Under the pieces are notes generated by a model. That model searched no databases and was not told the origin of the DNA. It was given only the letters and a program-made list of their open reading frames with translations. From the human T2T-CHM13v2.0 reference genome, Homo sapiens: a stretch of 64,000 bases of DNA. The stretch is from the NCBI RefSeq assembly GCF_009914755.1, contig NC_060942.1. One strand, 5' to 3'. Positions 1-13,899 of this stretch are shown in pieces (within the stretch, counting starts at the first letter, position 1; each line of letters begins with the position of its first letter). The position numbers and the translations under genes are program-made.

Positions 1-758
1 TTTCATGTGGAAATAAAATTGTTCTCTTATTAACTTCAATTTTAGTAAGTAAATAGAGAAATAAATAAGAAAAAGGAAAATCCATATATTCTAGTACATT
101 GGTTACAATGACTCTACTTTCTTAAATATCCTTTAAAACAATTTTGACATTATAATAACTATCTTGGACCAAAAGTTCTATGTTTATATACTTACTTTAT
201 GTTATTTCTTACAGCAAATAGTCTACTGCAGGGTACCACTATTAATCAGACTTCACTTTATGCAAAAAATTAGGGATTGTATAAGGATGTAGAAAGATTT
301 TTTAAAATTTGTTATTGGTAAATTAAAGGGCATTTCTCCATGGATTAAAATTGATCTTCAACAGCTTCTTGTCCCTGAAGCACTGTAGTTCTTCAGTGGG
401 CAGTCTGCAGCAGAAGGCATACCGCTATGCTTCTCTGTAATGTTAAAGTTGCCAGTGATTTGGAAGAGAGATGAAAAAAAGTTAGAGGACTGAGTAGGTG
501 GTGACTCAGCCCTGGCATAAGGAAATGAATTTTGCTATAAATAAGTGTTAAATATCTGGTATCTATAGAAAATAATAATCTTCACATAGAGGAAAGCGAT
601 AATAAGTTTTTTGGCATATTTGTCCAGAAGATAAAACTTCTTCAGAAAATATATGGTTAAATTATAAAGATCACTTTCACTTCCAAGAATATGGAATAGA
701 CATTCTTTTCCCTATTCCTCATGCTAAATGCAATGAAAAATTCTGGACATTTTTACAG

Positions 759-1230
759 TGTAAGGCTGAAATTAAGATTCCATATTATCTGCCCTGATAT
801 GTGAAACTAGGAGAGCAGTCCCCCTGTTCTCTCCAGATATGCCCCCATCCCCTCCATGGGAAAGGCTCCTCACCCAGGTAGTCTCCCTATCAGGAAGATC
901 AGCTTTACCACACCCAGTCCTCAAACTAATGGCTTTCACTCTCCTCCTGCCTGCAAACTTATTCTGATAAGCTAATCACATCTTCCCATGGGGACCACGG
1001 GGCACCTCAACTTCTTGCTGCTACAAAGCCTGCCTTCCATAGCCTCGACTGGTTCACTCTGTTCCCAAGTGCAACTCCAATGTGGCCCTGCATGCCATGT
1101 GGCACCCTCCTGCTCAGGGTGGCTGTGAGTGAGTATATGTGAGTCATGAATAGCTGTTGGTCTCAACTGTCAGGTGTCAAGTTTTTGGCCATCTCATACT
1201 GTTTAGGGTAAGGGATCCAAAGGTGAATAG
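759..1230 (+). mobile_element. Solo ERVL-class LTR (MER54/LTR53/MER73 group) inserted in the L1 5'UTR
   Basis: Begins tgtaaggctgaaattaagattccatattat and contains tgtggccctgcatgccatgtggcaccctcc...ctgtgagt, typical of this LTR group. L1 5'UTR resumes afterwards. Confidence 0.65.
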
Positions 1231-2195
1231 TAGGCAAGCAAAACATATATGGAAATTTTTAAAAAAAGGCCATCTAGGGAAGTTTAGAGTCAAGGAAAGA
1301 TATGGTGAGTTCCCTGTTTTGTTTTTCTGCCTCATATAACTCAGAGTTAGAGCTGAGGAAGCCAGCAACTTGGAAATGCGATGGATGTTGACCAAAAAGC
1401 CCCAACCACAGCCTTCTCTTTCTAGTCAAAGGACCAGAAAAGGGGCAGCCCATTAAGAGGAAACAAAATGTAGGCAATAGATACTCTAGTATAGCCAAAC
1501 GCCACAGGAAAAGACTGTGGCACCACCCACACACATAGCAGTAAACTTTGAGTGGGGAACCTAGACTTCCACTCTCACCAGGTTGTAATGAAGTACACTA
1601 ACTTGCCTGCCAGGGTGAGGTCAGAGGAGACCAAGTGGGGAGCTGGGACTATCATTCCTGCTAGATGATAACAAGCCCCCACTCTTTTGGCAGTGTTAGG
1701 GAATACAATGTGGTGACCCTGGATTTCACCCACCCCCATCCAGCAGTAAATAGGGAAATCTCCCACTTCTGGCCAGGGAGGTGGCAGTGGAGGCCTAGAA
1801 GAGAGGCAGAGCTGCAAACCCTACCCAACAGTGCGAGAAACTTCTCCCACCCTAGGTGGCCAGTGGAGGCCCAGAGGGGAACCCAGACTTCTACTCACAT
1901 CTGCCATCAGTGAAGAAGGAGCACTTCTTCCCTGCTGAAGTGGTATCAGAGTAAACTTCTAAAACAGAAGGTTTAAATATGAAGTAGGTTCTTATTTGCA
2001 GAGTTCAGGTTTCAGTTTTAAAAAATTATTAAAAGAGCCAGGAAAATGTCAACTTTAATGAAAAATGACAATCAATAGATATCAATGCTGAGATGACAAG
2101 AGGTTGGCAAAGATTTTCGTAGCAGCCATCATAAAATGCTCCATCAAGAAATACTGAACATGCTGGAAACTAATGAAAAATAAAAAGGCTTGGCA

Positions 2196-2263
2196 GGCCG
2201 GGCATGGTGGCTCACTCCTATAATCCCAGCACCCAGCACTTTGGGAGGCCGAGGCGGGTGGAT
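2196..2263 (+). mobile_element. Alu 5' fragment (~68 bp)
   Basis: ggccgggcatggtggctcactcctataatcccagca(cccagca)ctttgggaggccgaggcgggtggat, then an abrupt end. Confidence 0.9.
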
Positions 2264-3668
2264 TTGAGACTGATCTCCTATTCTCCTCAGCTGCAAAACC
2301 TGAACAATGGAATTAAAGTAGAAATCAAAAACAACAACAATATAACAAGAAAAACTTCAAAGATTTAGAAATTAAGCAACTCATTTCTAAATGATCCATG
2401 GGTCAAAAAGGAGGTCTTAAAACATAGAAAATATATATTTAACTAAATGAAACTGCAAGATCAATATTGTGAGGGCACTGATAAATCAGTGCTGAGAGAA
2501 AAATATATAGCACTAAATGTGTACATAGGAAAGAGGAAAGGTTTCTAATAAAATAATCTCAGTGTATACCTCAAAAACCTAAAATAACATGAATCAGATA
2601 AATCCAAAGTAAGCAAAAGGAAGGAAAGAATAGGATAAGAGCAGAAATCAGTGAAACAAAAAGCAGAAAGCCAATAGAGAAATTCACCGAAATAAAAGCT
2701 TGTTCTTTGAAAAGATCAATAAAATTGGCAAGCCTATAGCAAGACTCACAAAAATAAGAACAAAGAAACAAATTATCAATATTAGAAATGAAACTGAGGA
2801 CATTTTCTATATACCTTGCAGATATCAAAAGGATAATAAGGAAATACTACAAACAACACTACACACATATTTTGACAACTAAGTTGGTCAGTTTCTTGAA
2901 AAGCAAGCACAAACTACCACAACTCATTTAATGTTACATAGAAAATTTGAATAGCACTACAACTATTAAGGCAAATGAATTCATAATTAATAAATTTCCA
3001 AAAAATAAATCTGCAGTCCCAGATATTTCCACTAGAAAATTGTACAAAACATTTAAAAAACCAACAGCAGTTCTACACAATATCTACCAGAAAATGGAAG
3101 AGAAGAGTTACTTTCCAATTTATTTTATGAAGCTGATAATAAACTACACAAAGACAGTGCAAATAAAGAAAACTAGAGACCAGTATTTTTCATCGACTTA
3201 GATAGAAAGACTCTCAACTAAATATTAGCAAACTGAATCCAACAATATAGAAAAATAATTATACCCCATGACCAAATAGGATTTATTCCAAAATGCGAGA
3301 TTGGTTTAAGGTTTACAAATTAGTAACATAATTCACCATATTAACAAACCAAAAAAGAAAATTCAGTTAATTAATACAAACAAAGGCATTTCAAAAAACT
3401 CAATACCCATTTTGATAAAAACTCTCATTAAACTAGAAACAGAGGGAAACTTCTTCAACCTGAAGGAAAGCATCTACAAAAAAACTAAAGCTAACATGAA
3501 GAGTATAAAACATTAAGAGTAAATTTAAGAGTAAAAAATGGAATGCTTTTCTCTAAAACCAGGAATAAGGCAAAGTTTTCTGCTTTCATTACTTTCATTC
3601 AAAGTTGTACTGGAATTTCTAGCCATTGCAATAAGACAAGAAAAGAAAATCAAAGTCATCCAGGTTTG

Positions 3669-3699
<31 letters not shown>

Positions 3700-3748
3700 C
3701 TATCCTTATCGGCAAGTAACATAATGTTCTATACAGAAAATCCTAAGG

Positions 3749-3979
3749 TAAGCTTGTCCAACCCATTGCCCTCAGGCCAAATGTGGCCCAGGATGCCTTT
3801 GAATGTGGCCCAACACAAATTTGTAAACTTTATTAAAACATTATGAGATTTTTGTTGTGATTTTTTTGTTTTCTTTAGCACATTAGCTATTGTTGATGTC
3901 AGTGGATTTTATGTACGGCCCAAGACAATTCTTTTGCTTCTAATGTGGCCCAGGGAAGCCAAAAGATTGGACACCTCTG
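3749..3979 (-). mobile_element. MER30 hAT-Charlie MITE
   Basis: Termini aagcttgtccaac / gattggacacctctg. Perfect 8-bp TSD tcctaagg at 3741-3748 and 3980-3987. Confidence 0.92.
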
Positions 3980-6900
3980 TCCTAAGGAATCTAAATAACA
4001 AAACAACTAGGTGAGTTCAGCAAGGTTACAGGATACAAGATAAATGTACACAAATTAATCATATTTTCATATAACAGCAATGAGCATGTACATACTAGAA
4101 TTGAATATCATTTATAATCACTAAGAAATGAAGAAAGAAAAGAAACACCCAGGTGGTCTTACAAAATATATATGGACGTGTAAACTTAAAACTACAAATT
4201 GCTGATGAAAGAATTCAAAGAAGAATAAATAAATGGAGAAACATACTGTGTTTATACATTGGAAAATGCAAAATAGTAAAGCTGCCAATTCTTCCCAAAT
4301 CGACATGCAGGTTTTATATAATCGCTTTCAAAATCTCTGCAACATTTTTGCCTTATATAGAGAAAAATACTCTAAAATGTAGATGGAAAGTCAAGGAACT
4401 AAAATAGCTAAAATTATTTTGAAAAAGAAGAATCAAGTGAAAGGAATCAGTCTACATGATTTCGAGACTTATGACACAACTAACTAATTAAGACTATTTG
4501 GTGGGATAGACAAATCATTGAAACAGAATACAGAACCCAGAAATAGACCCACACAACTATGTCCAACTGATTTTTGACAAAGTTGCAAAAGGAATTCAGT
4601 GAAGGAAGGACAGCATTTTCAATAAATGGCATTGGAACAATTAAACACCCATAAACAAATAAAGAATGACCTTAACATCCCACTAACCAAACACACAAAA
4701 TATATCACCAACTTTGAAATGACACTATAAAATTTCAAAACTATACATTTAAAAAAAAAGGAGAAAATCTTTAGAATCTAGAGCCAGGCAAAGAGTTCTT
4801 AGACTTGACACTGAAGGCACCACCCATAAAAAGAAAAATTAATACATGGGACTTCATCAAATTAACAACTTTTGCTCTGAAAACATGCTGTTCAACAGGA
4901 AGAAAATATTTTGCAAACTACTATCCAAAAAAAGAATGAATACTTGGAATATATGAAGAAGTCTTAAATCTTGGTAGTATAAAAACAACAACAATAACAA
5001 AAAAACAAATAACTCAAGTAGAAAATGGGCAAAAGATATGAAGAGACATTTCATCATGGAGGAAATATACATGACAAACAACCACATAAAAGATATTTCA
5101 TATATGTAGCCATTAGGGAAATGCAAATTAAAACCACAATGGAACATCTATACATACTTATTAGAATGATGAAAATAAAAAGTAGTGACAACCGAAAATT
5201 TTGGTGAGAATGCAGAGAAACTGTTTCACCCACCTATACATTGCTAGTGGGAATGTAAAATGATATAGCCACTCTAGAAAACAATTTTGCAGTTTCTTAA
5301 TAAACTAAACATGCAATTACCATATGACCCAGGAAATGTACCCCTGTATATTTATTCCAGAGAAATAAAAATGTATGTTTACACACACACACCACACCTG
5401 ATAAAATATTCATAACTTTTTAAATAATAGCCAGAAACTGGAAACAACCCAGTTGTCTGTCAATGAGTGAATGGTTAAACAACCTATGGCATATCCATAC
5501 CATAAAATTCTACTCAACAACAAAAAGCAACACATTATTGATAAACACAACAACTTGGATGAATCTCCAGAAAATAATGATAAGCAAAGTCAGTCTCAAA
5601 TAATTATATAAGGTATAATTCCGTTTATATTACATTTTTGAAGTCACAAAGTTATTGAAATGGAGGAGGTATCAGTGATTGCCAAGGATTAAAGACAGGG
5701 TGGAAGGGAGTAGAGCATAGAGAGGCATATAAGAGGAGTGGAGGTGACTGTAAAAGGGCAAGATAAAGGATCTTTCTTGTGATGGAAATGTTTTGTATCT
5801 GGACTACATTAATGTAGATATCCTGAATGTGATATTGTACTATAGTTTTGGAAGATGTTTAATCATTGGGGGCAACATAGTAAAGGGGACTTGGGGTCTC
5901 TCTATACTGTTTCTTCCAACTGCATATGAATATATGACTATCTCAAAATTAAAAGTTTAAGATAATTATGAATATCTGACTCTAGCCTCCCAGTTTGACC
6001 TATAATTTTTCCATAAGCAATAAGGGACTCCAAAAAGATTGATGTGAAAACTGCCAGAGGATCTTCATCATGTAATTTTCTAGGTGTGGGATGTTTTTTT
6101 ACAATCCATTTGTAGCTGTCTTGGTTAAATTTTTTAACTTTGTGTTTCTTTTGATACCTTAAAGTCAATGCTATCTTTCTCTTACACTTAATATGTTCTT
6201 GATGAGTACAATGCTTCCATGGAATGCTACATATTTGGAAAAAAAGCCAGCAGAGTTCCCACAGGCTGGGCAACCTTCACTTTAGTATGACTCTCACTAG
6301 GAGGTAATGAGGTTCATTTGAAACCATCCTTTAACACTACTAATAAAAAGAAAGTTCAAAGGGATGGAACTTAAAACCCATTCATCATATAAGTAAACAA
6401 CATTTGCATTTAAAAGGGATCGTTTTTTGCCCATTAAGTGCACACAAGAGGTTCTGGTAGCTTTTGATTTATCACCTCACATTTTCAGACTTCCTTTTTC
6501 TTTAAATATATAGCAAGTGCAAATCCCAAATCGAAATGCATGGTGGTGTACTAAATTTGAGGCAAGTGGCAAAAGGAAAAAATGTCATGAAATGCAATTT
6601 TATAATCTTTCATTGAATGACAATCACACTAAAAGTCTAGAGATAACAAATACAAGGGTTTCTGTCTTCTTTCTCCTCCAAAGCTTAGCACCGAGAGTTT
6701 CAAAGTCATTCACACAGGCAAGACCAGAAACTTTCAACACAGTTAACGCCTCTGATACCATTTCATGCCTCGATGACGTTGTTTAAGTTGGTTCGTTGGT
6801 CTGCATCTGGCTAACTCAAACTTAACCTAATAATTCACCTCTTCTTCTAGGAAGTCTCCTTCGACTCTTTAAGAAGTAGATGGCTTCTCTTTCTCTTGCT

Positions 6901-7454
6901 ACTCCAGTATACATATTTCAGAGCATTTTATCATATTTAGTGAAAAATACCTCCAATAGTCTATGCCCCTTACAAAGAGGAATTATTCTTTATCCATTCC
7001 CCCTGTCCAAGTGCTTTATACAGTGTGCTCAGTAAATGTGGTAGAATCAGGGCAATAGTGAAATTATTTCTTTGGTATAGTTTTCAGAAAAGTGAAAGCA
7101 GTTTACAAAAGAAAAGTAAATAAGTTTATTTGAATGCTAGCATAGGGAATTCATTTTTAATTTAATAGACAGAAACAGATGTGGTTCACTGGATGCTTTT
7201 TTATGCCTGAACCTTCCTAACAGGGTGAGTGACTTTCATGTATTTATTACTATAAGATTGCAACTGCCTTGAGAACAGAAGCACCACTGTTCCTGCCCAT
7301 AGAATAAGCCCTCAAACAATGTGTCTAGAATAAATGATTTACAAGGCCCAGAAAACACCACTGAAAGGCGACTCCCAGTGGGTGCAAAGGCCACTCTCTA
7401 ATCACATTTGTTCTGTCCCATCCTCTGTTGTGCTCTCTGTGGGTCAGGAACTCT

Positions 7455-7640
7455 GTAAACTACTTCATGTATATGAACACGTCGTATTCCCAGATAATTC
7501 TGTGAGATAGATACTGTTTTAAAGGTGATGAAACTGCCACACCAAGAGGTTAGTAAATGAGTTCAAAGTCAAGGAAACTGTGAGTGACAGAGCCAGACTT
7601 TGAACTCAGCAGCCTCATTCCATCGTCAGTGCTATTAAAT
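7455..7640 (-). mobile_element. MIR SINE
   Basis: Core-like gatgaaactg...agaggttagtaaatgagttcaaagtca...gacagagccagactttgaactcag. Confidence 0.65.
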
Positions 7641-7859
7641 ATTACATCATGTAATCTAGGCCTGGTGATACAAAGAAAACTGGAGTCCCTGCCTCAACTC
7701 CACTGGAGTTCTAGCCACTGGGACAGAAATGAGCAGAAATAACAGAGAGAGAATAAGGGAAGTCTTCAGCCTGTTATCTATGAAATTGGCAGGCTAACTT
7801 GATAGTTTGTAAATAGGGTAAATCTCAGACCCTTCACGGTTCTTGACAAAGGGACAGCT

Positions 7860-8036
7860 TCCAATCATTCAGTCATTTATTCTTTAAAAATAAAATAAAA
7901 TCATGAGTGAAACACCATAGGTTACACTACTGAGGTTGCACAAGATGTTGCAAACGCCATTTCTTAGTGTCGTGACTTAATGGCGACAGTAAGTCTACAA
8001 AGTAGATGATCAAAATGGCAAGATAAGTTACCAATC
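7860..8036 (-). ncRNA. Candidate 3'-terminal exon of a minus-strand non-coding transcript
   Basis: Minus strand: cttctcatcttgttcttacag|GATTGG acceptor (AG at 8038-8037) and AATAAA at 7881-7876. Unique sequence with several retained CpGs. Prediction only. Confidence 0.35.
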
Positions 8037-8258
8037 CTGTAAGAACAAGATGAGAAGCCAATATAATAAAGCCATTTGCTTTCTTAGAAACAAACAAGAA
8101 AAAAAACAAAAATCAAACTATTTTGTTCTTTTTTATTAATCACAAAAATAAATTAATTCAATGAAGAACACTTGAAAAACAGGGATTGGGACAACAAAAA
8201 TGACTTTTAATCTCAGTACCTTGATAAAACCACTATTAACATTACAAAATATCTTTTA

Positions 8259-8296
8259 TGTGTGTTCGTGTGTGTGTGTGTGTGTGTGTATGCGTG
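8259..8296. repeat. (TG)n microsatellite, imperfect
   Basis: Direct reading. Confidence 0.9.
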
Positions 8297-8524
8297 CTTA
8301 TGGTGTATGTGTGTGTAAAGAGTTGATTAGAGAAATAGAATCACACTGAACATTTTTATCCTGCTTTTTCTATTTTGCAACTCATCGAAAAATATTTTAC
8401 ATATTCGTCTACAATATAATGTACCTACACAGTATTTTATCATATAGACATATTTAGTTAACCAATTCTCTATCATTGAAAACTTTGGTTCTGTTTCTTC
8501 TCTATTATAACTAATGTAGATTTT

Positions 8525-11500
8525 CTTAATTTTTAATTTTTGTGAGTACATGGTAGGTATATATATTTATGGGATACATTAATGAGATATTTTGACACAG
8601 GCATGAAATGCAAAATAATCACATCAGAGTAAATAGGGTATCTATCACCTCAAATATTTTTCCTTTATGTTTCAAATAATACAATTATCATCTTTTTAGT
8701 TATTTAAATATGAACAATTAATTTTTTTTACTATAGTCACCCTGTCCTGCTAGCATATGCTAGGTCTTATTTATCTTATTTTATTGTACCCATTAGCCAT
8801 TCCCTTCCCTCCACCTACTTACCCTTGCCAGCCTCTGGTAACCATCCTACTACTCTCCATCTCTATGAATTCAATTGTTTTAATTTTTAACTCCCACAGA
8901 TAAGTGAGAACATGCAACGTTTATTTTTCTGTGCCTTGCTTATTTCACTTAACATAATGACCTTCAATTCCCTCCATACTGTTGCAAATGACAGAATTTC
9001 ATTCCTTTTTATGGCTGAATAGTATTCCATTTTCTTTGTCTATTCATCTGTCGAGAAACACTTAGGTTGCTTCCATATCTTGGCTATCATGAATAGTGTT
9101 ACAACAAACACAGGAGTGCAGATATCACTTTGATATTCTGATTTCCTTTCTTTTGGGTATACATCTAGTAGTGGATTGCTGGATCATATGGTAGCTCCAG
9201 TTTTAGCTTTTTTAGGAACCTCCAAACTGTTCTCCATAGTGGTTGTACTAATTTACATTCCCACCAAAGTGTATAAGGGTCCCCTTTTCTCCACATCCTT
9301 GCCAGCATTTGTTACTGCCTGTCTGTTGGATAACAGCCATTTTAACTGGGGTGGGATGATATTTCATTGTAGTTTTGATTTGCATTCCTCTGATGATCAA
9401 TAATATTGAATGCCTTTTTATTACTTGTTTTCCATTTGTATGTCTTCTTTTGAGAAATGTCTCTTCAGATCTTTTGCCCATTTTAAAATCTGATTATTAG
9501 ATTTTTTTCCCTATAGAGTTGTTTAGCTTTCTCCGATTCTGTGAGTTGTCTTTTCACTTTGTTAATTGTTTCCTTTGCTGTGCAGAAGCTTTTTAACTTG
9601 GTGTGATCCCATTTGTCTGTTTTTGTTTTGGTTGCCTGTGCCTGTGGGGTATGTTTTCTTTTAGTGGTTTCATAGTTTGAGGCCTTAGCTTTAAGTCTTT
9701 CATCAATTTTGATTTTATTTTTGTATATGGCAAGAGATAGGGATCAGTTTCATTATTCTGCATATGTATATCCAGTTTTTCCAGCACAATTTATTGAAGA
9801 GACTGCCTTTTCCCCGTGTATGTTCTTGGAACTTTTGTCAAAAATGAGTTAACTGTAGATGTATGCATTTATTTATGGGTTATCTGTTCTATTCCACTCA
9901 TCTGTGTGTCAGTTTTTATGCCAGCACCTGCTGTTTTGGTTACTATAGCTCTGTAGTGTAATTTGAAGTCAGGTAACGTGATTCCTTAAGTTTTGTTACT
10001 TTTGCATAGGATGACTGTGGTTATTCTGGGTCTTTTGTGGTTCCATGTAAATGTTAAAATTGTATTTTCTACTTCTGTGAAGAATGTAATTGGTATTTTG
10101 ATAGGAATTGCATTAAATCTGTAAATTGCTTTGGGAAGTATGGACATTTTAACAATATTGATTCTTCCAGTTCATGAACATGAAATATCTTTCCATTTTT
10201 TGGTCTCCTTTTCAATTTGTTGTGTCAGTGTTTTATAGTTTTCATTGTAGAGATCTTTCATTTCTTTGGTTAATTCCTAGATATTTTATTTTATTTGTAG
10301 CTATTGTAAATGGGATTACTTTCTCAATTTCTTTTTTGGGTTGTTCACCGTTGGCATGTAAAAATGCTACAGATTTTTGTATATGGATATTGTATCCTAC
10401 AACTTCACTGAATTTGTTATTCAGTTCAAATAGCTTTTTGGTGGAGTCTTTAGGTTTTTCCAACCATAAATCTTATCTGCCACCAAGGATAATTTGACTT
10501 TTTCTTTTCCAATTTGGATGCCCTTTATTTCTTTCTCTTGTCTGGTTGCTCTAGCTAGGACTTCCAGTAGTAAGTTGAATAACAGTGGGGAAAGTGGCCT
10601 TCCTTGCCATGTTCTAGATCTTAGATAATTCAGCTTTCAATTTTTCCCTGTTCAGTATGATACTAGCTATGGGTCTGTCATGTATGACTTTTATTATGTT
10701 GAGGTATGTTACTTCTATACCAAGTTTTTCCTTTTTTTTTTTTTGTTTCATAAAGGAATATTGAATTTTCTCAAATGCTTTTTCAGCAGCAATTGAAAGG
10801 TTCATATGATTTTTGTCCATCATTCTGTTGATATAATGTATCACATTGATTGACTTTACATATGCTGGACCACTCTTGTATCCCTGGCATGAATCCCACT
10901 TGGTCATGATGAATGATCTTTTTAATGTGTTGTTGAATTTGGTTTGCTAGTATTTCACTAAGAATTTTTGCACCATTATTCATTGGTGGTATTGGCCTAT
11001 AGTTTCCTTTTTTTGATGTGTCTTTGGTTTTGGTAGCAGGGTAATACTGGCCTTGTAGAATGACTTTGGAAGTATTTCCTCTACCTCTATATTTCAGAAT
11101 ACTTGAGTAGGATTGGTCTTTGTGTAGTATTGTTTTGTAGAATTCAACAGTGAAGCCATCGGGTCCTGGGCTTTTCTTTACTGGGAAAGTTTTAATTATA
11201 GCTTTTATTTTGTTATTTGTTATTAGTCTGTTTAGGTTTTGGATTTATTCATGGTTCAATCTTAAAGGTTGTACATATCTAGAAATTTGTCTATTTTTTA
11301 TTAATTTTCCAACTTATTGGTATGTAGTTGCTTATAGTAGCCCACTAATGGGCTTTCAAATTTCTGCAAAATCAGTTATAATTTTTCATCTCTGATTTTA
11401 TTAATTTTGGTCTTCTCTCTTTTTTCTTAGTTTGGCTAAAGGTTTGCCAACTTTGTTTAACTTTTCAGAAAACCAACTTTTTGTTTCATTGATCTTTTGT

Positions 11501-13262
11501 ATTGTTTTCTTCATTTTAATTTCATTTATTTCTGCTCTGATCTTTATTATTTCTTTTCTTCTACTAATATTGGATTTGGCTTGATCTTGCTTTTCTAGTT
11601 ATTTAAGATACATCATTGGGTTGTTTATTTGAAGTATTTCTTCTCTTTTCATTTAGGCACTTATAACTATAAACTTCCCTATTAGTACTGCTTTTGCCAT
11701 ATCCCATAGAGTTTGGTATGTTGTGTTTCCATTATCATCTGTTTCAAGAACTTTTTAATTTCCTCATTAATTTCTTTATTGACTCACTGGTCATTCAGGA
11801 GCATATTGTTTAATCTCCATGTATCTGTGTAGTTTCCAAAATTCCTCTTGTTACTGATTTCCAGTTTTATTCCATTTTGGTAAGAAGAGACACTTGATAT
11901 TATTTTAATATTTTTGAATGCTTTAAGACTTGCTTGTTACCTAACATATGGTCTATCCTTGAGAACGATCCATGTGCTGAGGAGAAGAATGTGCATTCTG
12001 CAGCTGTTGGATGAAATATTCTGAAAACATGTTTTAAGGTCTATTTGTTCTATAGTACACATTAAGTCTGATGTTTCTTTGTTGATTTTCTGTGTGGAAG
12101 ATATGTACAATACTGAGAGTGGGATGTCGAGGTATTCAGCTATTATTGTATCGGGGCCTGTCTCACTCTTTAGCTCTAATTTTTCTTTATATATCTGGAT
12201 GCTACAGTGCATATATATTTAAATTTTCAAAAAATTCATATATATTTACAACTGTTATATCCTTTTACTGAATTGACCCCTTTTACCATTATATAGTGAT
12301 CTTGACTCTTTTTACAGTTTTTGTCTTGAAATCTATTTTGTCTGATATAAGTATAGCTACTAGTGTTCTTTTTTGGTTGCCATTAGCATGGATTATCTTT
12401 TTCTACCCTTTTATTTTCAATCTATGTGTGCCTTTAGAGGGGAAGTATGTTTCTTGGAGACAACAGTACAATGGATCTTATTTTTTTATCTGTTCAGCCA
12501 CTCTATGTCTTTTGATTGGAGAGTTTAGTTCACTTACATTCAGTGTTATTATTGATTAGTAAGGACTTCTGACTTTTGTTATTTGTTTTCTGGTTGTTTT
12601 GTTATCTGCTTTTCCTTTTTTCCTTCCCTCCTGTCTTCCTTCAGTAAAGGTGATTTTCTCTGGAGATATGATTTAAATACTTGCTTTTCATTTTTTGTGT
12701 ATCTGTTGTATATTTTTTCATTGAGGTTACCATGAAGCTTGCAAATACTATCCTATAACCCATTATTCTAAGCTGATAACAACACAGTTTGCATAAACAA
12801 GTGAACAAGAGAAAAAAAAAACTAATAAAAACTCTACATCTTAATTTTGTCTTCCTGCTTTTAAACTTTTTTGTTGTTTGTATTTATATCTTGTTGTCCT
12901 GTCTGTCTTGAAAAGTGGTTGTAGTTATTGTTTTTTATTAGCTCACTGTTTAGTATTTCTACTTAAGAGTAGTTTATGCACCACAGTTACAGTGTTATAA
13001 TATTTTGTGTATTATTATAACTGTGTATTACACAGTTAAGTGTCATAATATTCTATTACCAGTGAATTTTGTACCTTCAGATGATTTCTTATTGGTCATT
13101 AATATCCTTTTCTTTCTAATTGAAGTGCTTCCTTTAGCATTTCCTGTAGGAAAGATCTGGTATTGATGACATCCTTCAGCTTTTGTTTTACTTGGGAATC
13201 TTTATTCCTTCTTTATGCTTAAAGGATATTTTTACCAGATGTATAGGTAAAAGTTTTCTTTT
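8525..13262 (-). mobile_element. 5'-truncated LINE-1 (L1MA2/L1MA3-like), ~4.7 kb, covering 3'UTR, ORF2 and the end of ORF1
   Basis: Minus-strand ORF2 remnants ([74 protein letters not shown]). L1MA-type 3'UTR at 8525-9000. TSD taatgtaga(t/c)ttt at 8512-8524 and 13263-13275. Confidence 0.93.
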
Positions 13263-13307
13263 TAATGTAGACTTTAGTAATCTTATTTATTCTTTTGAAA
13301 ATCAATG

Positions 13308-13680
13308 TTCTTTTTGATTGAAAAATTGTAGTTGTATACATTCCTGCAATACAATTTTATGTTTTGACACACACACATACACATACACACACACTCACAT
13401 ACACGTACAATGTGGAATGATTAATTCAAATGAACTAACATATTCATACCTCACTTATTTTTGTGGAGAGATGTTCTAAATTTGCTTTCTTAACTATTTT
13501 GAAATATACAATACATTATTTTTAACTAAGATCTCAAAAACTTCTTCCTGTTTAACTGAAACTTTATGCCTTTTGACCAACATCTCCACTTTGTGCCTTT
13601 TGACCAACATCTCCCTATCCCCTCCTTCAACCCCTCCCTAGCCTCTGGTACCCACAATGTTACTCTCACATCTTTGCTCC
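13308..13680 (-). mobile_element. L1MA (L1MA7/8-like) 3'UTR fragment with a CA-rich tract and a 27-bp tandem duplication
   Basis: acaatgtggaatgatt...ttttgaaatatacaatacattatttttaacta. The unit acttt(a/g)tgccttttgaccaacatctcc occurs twice at 13561-13614. Confidence 0.75.
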
Positions 13681-13899
13681 TAAACTTGATTATTTCCCTA
13701 AAATAGATTACTGAAAATAAAACTGATGAGTCATAGACTATGCATATTGGATTTCCTTTATATATGTGCAATTTAAATACCTTTTAGAAAGATTTTAAGA
13801 ATTTGTATCTTATTCAACTTCATTTTCCTTATAAACGTTGGAATTGTATTTTTAATGGATGAAAATTGTAAAATCATTTTATTTGTATTTAAGAAATAC

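Larger units (their letters stand above)
678..5960 (+). mobile_element. Old LINE-1 (L1MD-like) running from 5'UTR to 3' end, with a large internal deletion and nested insertions
   Basis: 5'UTR-like start (cttccaagaatatggaatagac...ttttccctattcctc). Decayed ORF2 peptides in ORFs 2700-2882, 2947-3201, 4153-4407 and 5025-5207 (IREMQIKTTM). L1MD-type 3' end (gatattgtactatagttttg...tatctcaaaattaaaagtttaa). Possible degenerate TSD aattataaagatcact (660-675) / aattatgaatatctgact (5964-5981). Confidence 0.85.

Noticed and set aside
1545-1915. Spaced degenerate repeats resembling a CRISPR-like array
   Set aside because: The units are highly diverged, lie within an L1 5'UTR, and the context is eukaryotic with no cas genes.
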